Assembly (NCBI GenBank): GCA_964016885.1 | Contig: OZ024741.1 | Span: forward strand, 220,844,001 to 220,908,000 | DNA length: 64,000 nt | Direction of reading: 5' to 3' | Origin: Eledone cirrhosa | Lineage: Eukaryota | In this document: piece by piece, positions 43,895 to 54,066 of the stretch | Layout of the letters: every line of letters starts with the position of its first letter | Position numbering within the stretch: the stretch's first letter is position 1 | Program-made: the position numbers and the translations under genes | Notes under the pieces: model-generated | Databases searched by the model: none | The model's input: the letters and a program-made list of their open reading frames with translations, nothing else | What the model was told of the DNA's origin: nothing

Positions 43895-45230
43895 TAATAT
43901 AAGGAGCTAAGATTTATGTGCGGGCAAGAAGAGAATATATCCGACTTCCTATTTAGCAGGTTCAGTTTGGAGTGTATTATGGCGTGTGATTCAGAGAGAC
44001 AAAGGTCACAGGTCTTGTTAGGGGGTCTGTACTGCGATGATTTAGTGATGATTCTCCAATTAAGCGTGTATTGAATATCAGTGTTCTTCTGGAGGGATAT
44101 GTAACTAGCTAGGGATGTAGTATTCTTAAGGCTATCATGCCTAAATGTATAGCGATGGGAGTTGTATCTAGTCTTAAAGGGGTCGATGTAGACCCTATAT
44201 ATGTTTTGGAGGAGGTCCGAGTTGTAACATCACATGCGTAGACAATATTGTTTATAAGGCATTGTCCCTTTAGGGGGACTCCGCCTTTCGTCTGCAGTTA
44301 CATTTGCGGTGCATGTGAGTCTGCGGCACAGGAGATGTTTGATTTTCCGTGCGTTCCAGATTTGGCAACTGTACATCAGATGTGTGGGTAGTATTGCTGG
44401 GTGACGCCGCATCAGGTCCATCTAGTGGTTGCGGGTGTGCCGCAGCTGCAATGGTATCGAAACCCTTTCTAATTTTTTTGTTGTTCGTTATGGCTAGGTG
44501 ACGAGCTAGATTTGGAGTAGTGGAGAATGATAGCTTGATTGTGTTTTTATTAATGATACTATGGTATTTACTACTTGGGGGGGGGGGTCCAAGATCGAGA
44601 AGAATGCCTTTGGTATATTGGTTGATACCTCCGAGTTGTAAGGTGGATTAAAGTAGGAATTAGATCTTCGTCTATTTTTCCTATTTTTCGTACTAGGGGA
44701 AGAGTTGGCCCTGGACATAGCTAACCCATCTTCCGTGGTAGAGAGAACCTGGGGTGGTAACCGTACCCGGAGGGGTTCACAGGCTTCCCTGTCTTTCCTA
44801 TTGCACTTCAATTTTCTAGCTTTTATCCTAGTGTTAGTATTATTGCCATACCGATGAGGCGTGTTAAATGGAGTCCCTTGGGATTGGTCAGAGCCGCCTA
44901 CAGTACCCGTGTAGTTCCTATTTTTGTGTCGGCTTCTATTAGGCAATGCCATATTGTGTGTGATTACATTATATTGTCCGGCCCTGGTGGTTTGGGCGTT
45001 GTTATATATGTAGTATATTTTTTCTCTAAAACCGGACTTTGCTAGTGCTTTATTATAGTACTTTGCATTAGACTTAAATGCATGCTCATTATGTGATAGT
45101 CTGCTAATCCTGTTAGATACCCCTTTAATTATGGCATTTAGGACGGGTCTAGGGTGGTTGGAATTTGCATTCACGTATGTTAGTGTTTCATCTGGCTTGT
45201 GATAGGGTGAGAAGTATTTATTTTCCAAGT
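43895..45230 (-). pseudogene. Degenerate 5'-truncated Penelope-like element (RT thumb, linker, GIY-YIG EN)
   Basis: PYHKPDETLTYVNANSNHP, RISRLS, YFNPPYNSEVSTNI; frameshifted EN pieces KTYIGSTST..KTRYNSH, CDLCLSE, LNRKSDIFSSCPH. Confidence 0.88.
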
Positions 45231-45231
45231 C

Positions 45232-46617
45232 CAAGTCCAGCTCGTCTTTATAATCATCATTCGTCTTTTAAATACCAACTTAAAAGAACCAACACGGCAC
45301 TCTCAGAACTCATATGGTCCTTGAAAGACAAAAATATTAAATATAACATCTCTTGGAAAAAGGTTTCTTCTGCTTCTCCATACTTGAACAGTTCTCTATC
45401 CAAGACTTGCAATCTCTGTTTAAATGAAAAATTTACCATTATATCTAATTTAGATTCTATAATAAATAGACGCACTGACTTGTTTTCTCTCTGCTTGCAT
45501 AAATTCCACAGAACATTCCATAAAGTATACAGCTAATATCTAATACTTTATCAATTTAAAATCCTTTTCTCAAAGGCACTTATTTATATATACCTCTTTA
45601 AAAATATACCCATCTTTCTACCTTATTTCAAAGTTATTTATTATACATTATATAATACTAGTTACTCATTCTATATCACTCCTATTTATCACTTCCCTTT
45701 CTCCCTTTTCCTTTTCTTTTCCTTTTTCTTTTAATTTCTAACCCCTAATCTGTACCTTTTCTCATTGTGCCTAACATAGAAACAATTATTACACAGTACA
45801 ATATATTCTTACTTTATATCACCTTGAAAAAAATCCTTCGTAAACATAAACATTTTTTTGACGTTAGATTATTCATCCTCAATTCATTATTTTTCTCCCT
45901 TTCATCTAACTTATTCATCCTATCTTCTACTTCTTTCACAATATATCCTTACTTACATTACTATTGCTTTTTTTAATAATACATATCAACATTTACTTTC
46001 CATCGCACATATTATTAAACCCTTAGATATTATTCTTAATACATATTAACATTTTCTTTCCATCGCACATATTATTAAACCCTTAAATATTATGCTTAAT
46101 ACATATTAACAATTTCTTTTCATCGCACATACAATTAAACCCTTCAATATACAAACCTTAACTTAACATTATTTTTCTCTTCGTTAATTTTCAAATTCTT
46201 TTAATTTATATATTATCTTCCAACGGTTTTTCAACCTCTCTATGTAAAACAAAATATTTTTCTCAGTTATAAAAGCTATCTCTCTCTCTCTCTATCACCC
46301 ATCTCTCCTCCTATCTCATCCTTCCTCATTATACTCCTCCCTCTCCACTTTTTACTCTCATCTCCTCCTCTTTTTCAGCCTTTCCACCCCCCCCCCCTCA
46401 AAAAATCTGTTTCCCAATATCACACATCAATCTAAGACTACTTTTCATATGTTGATTTAAAACTGCACTATTCACAAGTGTTTTTTAACCTTCATATCCT
46501 GTCTTCCTATTTTATCTGATGAAAACACAAATGTTATTGCATGATGATATTTATTTTTGAAATGCGCATAATAAAATACATGGAACTCTTTTAACTATCT
46601 TTTGATCTTATATGTTA
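45232..46617 (+). mobile_element. 5'-truncated PLE: EN C-terminus, 3' UTR and terminal HHR
   Basis: RLYNHHSSF..TALSELIWSLKD..ISW..CNLCLNEK..INRRTDLFSLCLH (to 45536); HHR at 46508-46578; ends in (TA)n. Confidence 0.85.
46508..46578 (+). ncRNA. Minimal hammerhead ribozyme motif
   Basis: TATTTTAT-CTGATGA...GAA-ATGCGCAT-A-ATAAAATA; 8-bp stem I, palindromic stem III, weak stem II. Confidence 0.7.
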
Positions 46618-46620
46618 TGT

Positions 46621-46654
<34 letters not shown>

Positions 46655-46678
46655 ATGTATATATATATATACATATAC

Positions 46679-46709
<31 letters not shown>

Positions 46710-46711
<2 letters not shown>

Positions 46712-46980
46712 TTGTTATACTTTGGGAGGGTCATGTTGCCAATAAGTAACACACGCACCAGTTGCTTTCACTTCAATTTATTATAATAAATTTATGAATT
46801 TATGAATTTCTGGTTGGTTGGTTGGTTCCACAACCAGATAGTTGTTTATATATAGTCATAGTTCTTTCGTCACACACTCTGTGACCTCTTCAGTGACTGG
46901 GGATTCCTTTCTTTGTTTCTGTGCCTCTCCTATATTCTGTCCTACGGCGTAGGATAGAACAAAGGAGAGGCACAGAATGT
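46710..46980 (-). mobile_element. Solo pseudo-LTR related to the 47.8-52.9 kb PLE
   Basis: Terminus ATTGTTATACTTTGGGAGGGTCAT resembles 47831; flanked by (TA)n on both sides; contains an HHR. Confidence 0.75.
46854..46898 (-). ncRNA. Minimal type I hammerhead ribozyme motif
   Basis: Minus strand AGTCA-CTGAAGA-G-GTCACA-gagtg-TGTGAC-GAAA-GAAC-TA-TGACT. Confidence 0.85.
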
Positions 46981-47001
46981 ATATATATATATATGTATAT
47001 A

Positions 47002-47121
<120 letters not shown>

Positions 47122-47172
47122 CATATACATATATATATATGTCTATATATATATATATATGTATATATATGC

Positions 47173-47288
<116 letters not shown>

Positions 47289-47363
47289 GTATATATATAT
47301 ATATATATAAATATATATGTATATATATATATATATATAAATATATATGTATATATATATATG

Positions 47364-47424
<61 letters not shown>

Positions 47425-47626
47425 GTAAGGAAAATATTTACTTACACATATATCACCAGCTGGTAATATACATGTAGGTATATATTTTCCTTATCTGATA
47501 TTTTGTAACTAACCTTACATAGTTCGATAACGATGTATAGTTACGATGTATTATCATCACCTAGAAACGACCGTAAAGCAGTGAAGTATATTTCTAAAGA
47601 CTTGAATTTTTATTTCATTTTTTTAA

Positions 47627-47704
<78 letters not shown>

Positions 47705-48049
47705 CATTATCGAAGAAAGCTAATAGCGATACTCAGGCTAAATCCCAACTCACTCATCAAACATTACGAAATAAGTGAGCATATTCCTAATTAAACGTTG
47801 GGATACATATACATATATATATATATATATATTGTTATATTTGGGGAGGGTCATATTTGCGTAATATTGCCAGAATTAATAACAGAACACACTCACTGTT
47901 TGGTTGGTTTTCGCTTCTCGCTGTCTTTTATATATATATATCTGCGATCTAACTTACTCGGTCCTCAATGTTGCCATTGACTGACCGGCGGTCAAAAATA
48001 ATACAGATACAATATAGACACAAACACATATATATAGTTTACATAATTT

Positions 48050-48090
48050 ACATAAATCTTTCGTTGCACATCTGCAACATCGTCAGTGGT
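48050..48090 (-). ncRNA. Hammerhead motif in 3' pseudo-LTR
   Basis: Minus strand CTGACGA-T-GTTGCA-gatg-TGCAAC-GAAA-GATTTA. Confidence 0.75.
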
Positions 48091-48349
48091 GTTATATTCA
48101 TTGTTCCTCCTGTTGTGTTGTATGTCTACGCCATTTTTTTTTTGTTCAGTCTGTCTATATATTTATTTATTTATTTGCTTGTTTGTTTATCTTATTTTAT
48201 TTTGTCTTCTTTGCGCATGCGTTTGCGTGTGTGTATAGTGTGATGTGTGACTAGTGTGTATAGTGTTGTGTCTGCTGGGTGACTAGTGTGTGTTTATGTG
48301 CTTGTGTATGTATTTATTTATCTTATTTTATTTAATTTTATTTACTTAT

Positions 48350-49732
48350 TTATACTTCTCTTAGGTCAGTGTTGTTTGTTTGGGTGTTGTTGTTGTTCCA
48401 CTCATTCTTTCTGTTTAGCTTTGGTCTTCTAATTTCTATGTTGTCTATGTTACCGTCATGTTGTTGTCTAGCATGTTCGTATAGTACTGACCCGTTTTTT
48501 CGTCCTTTTAGTTCCCCCCAGTGTTGGTCTATCCTTTCACCTATGCTACGAGCTGTCTCACCTATGTATGTTGTTGTCATATTTCTGCAAGTACCCTCTG
48601 TACATCTTATGCTATAGACTACGTTTCTAGTTTTACAGTTTATCCGGGGGTTCACCTTACAAATGATACATTTCCTATTGGTACAGTGGGTTTTCTTAAA
48701 AGGGTAGGTTTTGCTGATCAGGGATTTTATGGTGGTTCCTGGCTTTTCTACCACCTTTATTTTTAAGTGGGTCTTTCTCAGGGCCTTTCTACACTGGTTA
48801 GCTAATTTCCCTCCAGGGGTGGCGTCCACAAACATGACACTCTGATATCTCTGGTTGTCGTACCATGATGTGGCCTTCCCTATCTTATGTCTAGCCCTAT
48901 CTAAGCTATTCCATGATTTGCTCCTGTATAGTGGGCAAATTCCTTTCATGTCCAGTTCTATGAGGGTCTTATACTTTTCCATGGCTCCTTCGTATACTCT
49001 GACTCTGTCTCTTTGGTTGTAGCCAGAGAACTGCATGCGGTTGATGAAGTGTTGGATGTGTCCTTCCATTTCTGTTGGGTCGCACATGCTGGACACATTC
49101 TTCATCACTCGTACCAAATCTGCGATCAGAATATTAAACTTAGCACTACTGGACATTGCTGAGTTTTTGAGTATCAGGTATTTGGAGGCCATGGGTTTAG
49201 CATAGTGTGAGTGGAGAATTTGGGCTCTCTCGTCTATAGTGTTAATCCAGAGTTCTGTGTCTAATACAGGTAGTCTATTGTTAGGGTGTTTGGAAGGGAA
49301 GTCTATAGTTACAGTTATACTCTGGTGTATGGAATTAGCTATCTGCTGGATGCTTTCCATCGTGCTACGTTCTAAATCAAACTTGTTAGTGCTCTCTAGT
49401 GGGGGTGTTCTTATAACTATATTGATATCGTCTACATAACGAGAGTACATGATGAGGTCTATGGAGCTTTCATTAAGGAGATCTTTAAGTCTCCTTTCCC
49501 ACCATACCATGAAAAGGTTGGCAACATCACCAGCTATGCTGACGCCGATGGCTGCTCCCTCATTTTGGGTGTAGATTTTCTCATTGAACTTAAATATGTG
49601 GCCCTTTAGGGTAGTTTTGATACTAGCCCCTATTGCATGTGCGACCATTTTTCTTACCTGATCAGTGTTTTGGGGGGTCCGTATAGCTTTGGTCCACCCA
49701 ATCCACCTTCCTATGGGAGTCTTTTTAGCCAT
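48350..49732 (-). CDS. PLE polyprotein C-terminal part (RT motifs B-E, thumb, Cys linker, GIY-YIG EN with 23-aa deletion)
   Basis: QNEGAAIG..VANLFM, RYVDD, LPVLD, C-x4-C-x2-[28 protein letters not shown]. Confidence 0.92.
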   Translation of the reverse strand: MAKKTPIGRWIGWTKAIRTPQNTDQVRKMVAHAIGASIKTTLKGHIFKFNEKIYTQNEGAAIGVSIAGDVANLFMVWWERRLKDLLNESSIDLIMYSRYVDDINIVIRTPPLESTNKFDLERSTMESIQQIANSIHQSITVTIDFPSKHPNNRLPVLDTELWINTIDERAQILHSHYAKPMASKYLILKNSAMSSSAKFNILIADLVRVMKNVSSMCDPTEMEGHIQHFINRMQFSGYNQRDRVRVYEGAMEKYKTLIELDMKGICPLYRSKSWNSLDRARHKIGKATSWYDNQRYQSVMFVDATPGGKLANQCRKALRKTHLKIKVVEKPGTTIKSLISKTYPFKKTHCTNRKCIICKVNPRINCKTRNVVYSIRCTEGTCRNMTTTYIGETARSIGERIDQHWGELKGRKNGSVLYEHARQQHDGNIDNIEIRRPKLNRKNEWNNNNTQTNNTDLREV

Positions 49733-51914
49733 TGAGGTTATGGTGGGGGGGTCTACCTCTTATAGGTCTACTAGGGCAGAAACATCTAAGGTCATGGCTG
49801 TCTAGGTAGTCAGTGTCGTAGGTAAGTCTAAGTAGGAGGCCCAGTTCGTCTGTGTCGACGTCGCAGAACTCCACCTCACTCTCAATGATCATCTCCACAC
49901 ATCTTTTCACAGCAAAATCAATGTTAATGGATGGGTACAGTGGCACCACATCCATGCTGCCTATTATGCAGTTGGATAGGCTCCTGTTTTTGTTGCACTC
50001 ACTGATTCTGCTGAGGAGGTCCTCTGTACTTTCACATACATCTGGGGACATCTTGATTATGGGGCGTATAACCATTGAGAGGAAGTAGGAGATCCTGTAG
50101 TTGCTAGCTATATTAACTCCGCATACGGGTCTTGTTGGTGGTCCTGTTGTCGGGTCGTCGACTGTCTTGTGGTCCTTGCGGAGCCCATACAAGGGTGGTA
50201 TGCCATTGTTAGACGCCTGGAAGTTGTTGGCAGTGCGTCTGCTTGGCTTTAGGATGTCAGTCCACATCATCATGTGAGCGTTGAGGATTTTTTCTCTCCC
50301 ATCGTGTGTTAGTTGTGCAACTTCGCTCGTGTTGGTGATGTGGGGTTGCATTGCCTCGATGTAGTTCGGCATGCTATCTATTGACATCCTACCAGACTTA
50401 TCTGTGGGTAGACACACTACCTCACCATCCCTTGTGCGCTGCTTGAGGCTAACCAAGCCTTCTACAGGTTTTATCCCAAGTTGTTGGGCCTCTGGTCTGC
50501 TCTGTCTCATAGTGTACCTGTCTACTACTTGTCTAATCTTATTTCTAGCTATGGTGAACTGTGCCTCCGTCTCGTCATCTATTTGCTGTGGTATGCAAAC
50601 TCTTTTATTAAAGGGTAACCTCGTAGGATAGATATTACCCATCTTATATGTTTTGTCAGCTGGGTTGAAAAATAGTTTCTCTAAGGGGTTGTCGTTATTT
50701 CTATCGTCATAGTTGTGTGTGTTGCTATTATTGTTATCATGGTGGTTGTTGTTGTTTCTATCATTAGCATTAATATTATTATTGTTATGATTGCTAGATG
50801 TATTGTTGTTTACTTCACCGTTATTGTTGTTGTTGTTACTGCTATTTCTACCATTGTGGTTGTTACTATTATTATGTTTCTTGTTTTTGTTGATGTTGCT
50901 ACATGTACTATTTCCATTATTACCACTGTGGTTATTGTTGTTGTTGTTGTTCGTATTGTTACCGTTATTACTACTGTGGTCACTGTTGCTGTGTCTGTGG
51001 TTAACGTTTCTATTATTATTATTATTGTGGTTGTTGTTGTTCTGTCTATCGCTAGTATTATTGCCATTATCACTATTTCTCACTTTCCTGCCATTGTTAT
51101 GGTTATGGCTGTTATTTCTGTACCCAGAGTTATTGTTTATATTACTACTACCGTTATTATTGTTGTTGTTGTTTACCTTTGCATTCCAACGTATTTTTGT
51201 GAAACACTTTTCCAGCTTCGTTTTGCATTCCATAGGGTTAATCTTTTTGTAGATGGCAAATTTTGGTGGTAACTTTAGGATTTGTTGTTCTTGTTCACTG
51301 ATTAAAGTGTTCCCATAGATATTTACTGTGTGGTCATTGGTAAATTCTTCCGGTAGTTTTACATCACTCATACGGATGTTGTCGATGTTATCTGGGTATT
51401 TTTGAGAATATTCGATTTTCCTTTCTTGTAGTTTTTTCTTATTCATCCATTCTAATTTCTTCTTGAAATGCCTACAGCATTCGTTTTGAGCATATTTCGT
51501 TTCGCGTCGGATGACGCTCATGAAGTCATCTCTCTCGTTTGCTGTGATGAGATTTCGGATTTCCTTACCGTTGATGCGTTTTTGTCTGTAGAGTGCGTTG
51601 ACTTTTGTGTATGTTGTTCTTTTCATATTAACTGTTATTGTGTGTTTTAGCCGTTCAGCTTGTGTTTTGTTCAATAATAAATTATTTACTTGTTTTGATA
51701 TGTTTGTTGTGTATGTTTTGGAGGAAACACAGTGTTTTAAGAAGCGGATTTGTTCTGTTGTTATTGTAGTTTTTATATAACAGAAAACAGTGTCTTTCAA
51801 TAACCTTTCAGCTTGGCACAAGCTAATGCCATAGCGGCGAGGAATTAGTTTTGCGAGGTTTTTTATATGAAATCGTGTGTCGAAACAGATATTGTTATAT
51901 TTGGGGAGGGTCAT
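49725..51914 (-). CDS. PLE polyprotein N-terminal part (N-domain, Asn-rich insert, RT to motif A)
   Basis: LKLPPKFA, PTDKSGR, PPLYGLRKDHK, PTRPVC, GSMDVVPLYPSI; continues into 48350-49732 after removing one C of a C7 run. Confidence 0.9.
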   Translation of the reverse strand: MTLPKYNNICFDTRFHIKNLAKLIPRRYGISLCQAERLLKDTVFCYIKTTITTEQIRFLKHCVSSKTYTTNISKQVNNLLLNKTQAERLKHTITVNMKRTTYTKVNALYRQKRINGKEIRNLITANERDDFMSVIRRETKYAQNECCRHFKKKLEWMNKKKLQERKIEYSQKYPDNIDNIRMSDVKLPEEFTNDHTVNIYGNTLISEQEQQILKLPPKFAIYKKINPMECKTKLEKCFTKIRWNAKVNNNNNNNGSSNINNNSGYRNNSHNHNNGRKVRNSDNGNNTSDRQNNNNHNNNNNRNVNHRHSNSDHSSNNGNNTNNNNNNNHSGNNGNSTCSNINKNKKHNNSNNHNGRNSSNNNNNNGEVNNNTSSNHNNNNINANDRNNNNHHDNNNSNTHNYDDRNNDNPLEKLFFNPADKTYKMGNIYPTRLPFNKRVCIPQQIDDETEAQFTIARNKIRQVVDRYTMRQSRPEAQQLGIKPVEGLVSLKQRTRDGEVVCLPTDKSGRMSIDSMPNYIEAMQPHITNTSEVAQLTHDGREKILNAHMMMWTDILKPSRRTANNFQASNNGIPPLYGLRKDHKTVDDPTTGPPTRPVCGVNIASNYRISYFLSMVIRPIIKMSPDVCESTEDLLSRISECNKNRSLSNCIIGSMDVVPLYPSINIDFAVKRCVEMIIESEVEFCDVDTDELGLLLRLTYDTDYLDSHDLRCFCPSRPIRGRPPHHNLNG

Positions 51915-52109
51915 ATTTGCGTAATATTGCCAGAATTAATAACAGAACACACTCACTGTTTGGTTGGTTTTCGCTTCTCGCTGTCTTTTATATATATATA
52001 TCTGCGATCTAACTTACTCGGTCCTCAATGTTGCCATTGACTGACCGGCGGTCAAAAATAATACAGATACAATATAGACACAAACACATATATATAGTTT
52101 ACATAATTT

Positions 52110-52150
52110 ACATAAATCTTTCGTTGCACATCTGCAACATCGTCAGTGGT
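52110..52150 (-). ncRNA. Hammerhead motif in 5' pseudo-LTR
   Basis: Identical to 48050-48090. Confidence 0.75.
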
Positions 52151-52949
52151 GTTATATTCATTGTTCCTCCTGTTGTGTTGTATGTCTACGCCATTTTTTT
52201 TTTGTTCAGTCTGTCTATATATTTATTTATTTATTTGCTTGTTTGTTTATCTTATTTTATTTTGTCTTCTTTGCGCATGCGTTTGCGTGTGTGTATAGTG
52301 TGATGTGTGACTAGTGTGTATAGTGTTGTGTCTGCTGGGTGACTAGTGTGTGTTTATGTGCTTGTGTATGTATTTATTTATCTTATTTTATTTAATTTTA
52401 TTTACTTATTTATACTTCTCTTAGGTCAGTGTTGTTTGTTTGGGTGTTGTTGTTGTTCCACTCATTCTTTCTGTTTAGCTTTGGTCTTCTAATTTCTATT
52501 TCACTGGCCTCTCTGATTTGCCTATCTGCTGGGTCATTCCTATGTTTAGATATTATTCTAATTTCTATGTTGTCTATGTTACCGTCATGTTGTTGTCTAG
52601 CATGTTCGTATAGTACTGACCCGTTTTTTCGTCCTTTTAGTTCCCCCCAGTGTTGGTCTATCCTTTCACCTATGCTACGAGCTGTCTCACCTATGTATGT
52701 TGTTGTCATATTTCTGCAAGTACGCTCTGTACATCTTATGCTATAGACTACGTTTCTAGTTTTACAGTTTATCCGGGGGTTCACCTTACAAATGATACAT
52801 TTCCTATTGGTACAGTGGGTTTTCTTAAAAGGGTAGGTTTTGCTGATCAGGGATTTTATGGTGGTTCCTGGCTTTTCTACCACCTTTATTTTTTTTTTAT
52901 TTATTTTTTTTTTTTTAATATATACATATATATATATATATATGTATAC

Positions 52950-52980
<31 letters not shown>

Positions 52981-53005
52981 AATATATATACTTATATATA
53001 TATAT

Positions 53006-53036
<31 letters not shown>

Positions 53037-53059
53037 TATTTGTTTTGCAATATTATTAC

Positions 53060-53243
53060 ATGGATTGGCAGTATCGGTAGAGTGTCGGACGCCCTGTTTG
53101 ACGCATAGAGTTACAGCCCTTTCCATTCTGAGTTCAAATTCCGCCGAGGTCAACTTTTCCTTTCACCCTTACGGGGTCGATAAAATAAAGTACCAGTAAT
53201 GTACTGGGTAATTGCTGGCCGTGTGCCAAAAGTAGAAACAATT
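53060..53243 (+). mobile_element. Meta-domain-like SINE
   Basis: Matches the SINE consensus. Confidence 0.85.
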
Positions 53244-53272
53244 ATTACAACAATATGACCCTCCCCAAATAT

Positions 53273-53312
<40 letters not shown>

Positions 53313-53316
<4 letters not shown>

Positions 53317-54066
53317 ACTAAACTACCCGTCCTCCGGACGGTTCAAGTAGCTTTCGATGTAGCTCATTAAACTAAACAAAGTAAATTTGAATACATAGAA
53401 GAGAAACGTACTTTATGTAAACATGAAAACCTTAGGCACTATTCCAGCGAAATAATTAATATGTGAGCTCGGTGTCATCCGTTATACCTTATAACAATAG
53501 AAATCCATTCTAAGTATAAATTGTTTTGGCAACAGTAAAAGCGCATCCTGAAATAGAGAAGCGAAGTGAATAATAGACACTATTATGTACAAAGCATAAT
53601 ATTGTAAAAGTTATGACATCATTTAATGTATGAACGAGAAATTATACAATGTCAAATCTATAACTTAAATTAGTAATCTGTTAGAAATTGCTGGTTGTGA
53701 AATATACAAAATGATATTGTTAGTCTCAAGGAAGCGTACCTTTTGTTTCAAGTACAAAGAGTAAATTAATATCCGAATGAGCCGAATTACGAAAGATAAC
53801 TCTTGTCTTACTTAAAGATAACTCTTTTCTTACTTAATCACACAAATTGACACAAATAACCGAAACTTTTTTAATGTCTCCAAAGGCCCCAATATCGATT
53901 TTTTAAAGCCTTTGTAGATCATGTACAGGTTTTGTTCAAGGTGAAGCCCTGTAAAAAATGTCAAAGAAATCGCCTGAATGGTTTAGAATATATAAGCCCT
54001 CATTAAAAATTGTCCACACACACATACACACACATACAGAAAACTTCGTCTTTATATATATACAGA
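53313..54066 (-). mobile_element. Probable non-autonomous Helitron
   Basis: Minus strand starts TCTGTATATATATAAAGACGAAG (like 18535) and ends with CCGTCCGGAGGACGG hairpin then TTAG. Confidence 0.6.

Larger units (their letters stand above)
47829..52894 (-). mobile_element. Near-complete Penelope-like retroelement (Neptune-like, clade tentative) with direct pseudo-LTRs
   Basis: Direct repeats 47829-48764 and 51889-52894 containing EN C-terminus, 3' UTR, HHR and ORF start; RT-EN ORF between; (TA)n on both sides. Confidence 0.95.

Noticed and set aside
47950-47996. Resemblance to HDV ribozyme (GGCAACATT..GGACCG)
   Set aside because: Could not build the nested double pseudoknot by eye; kept only as a hairpin
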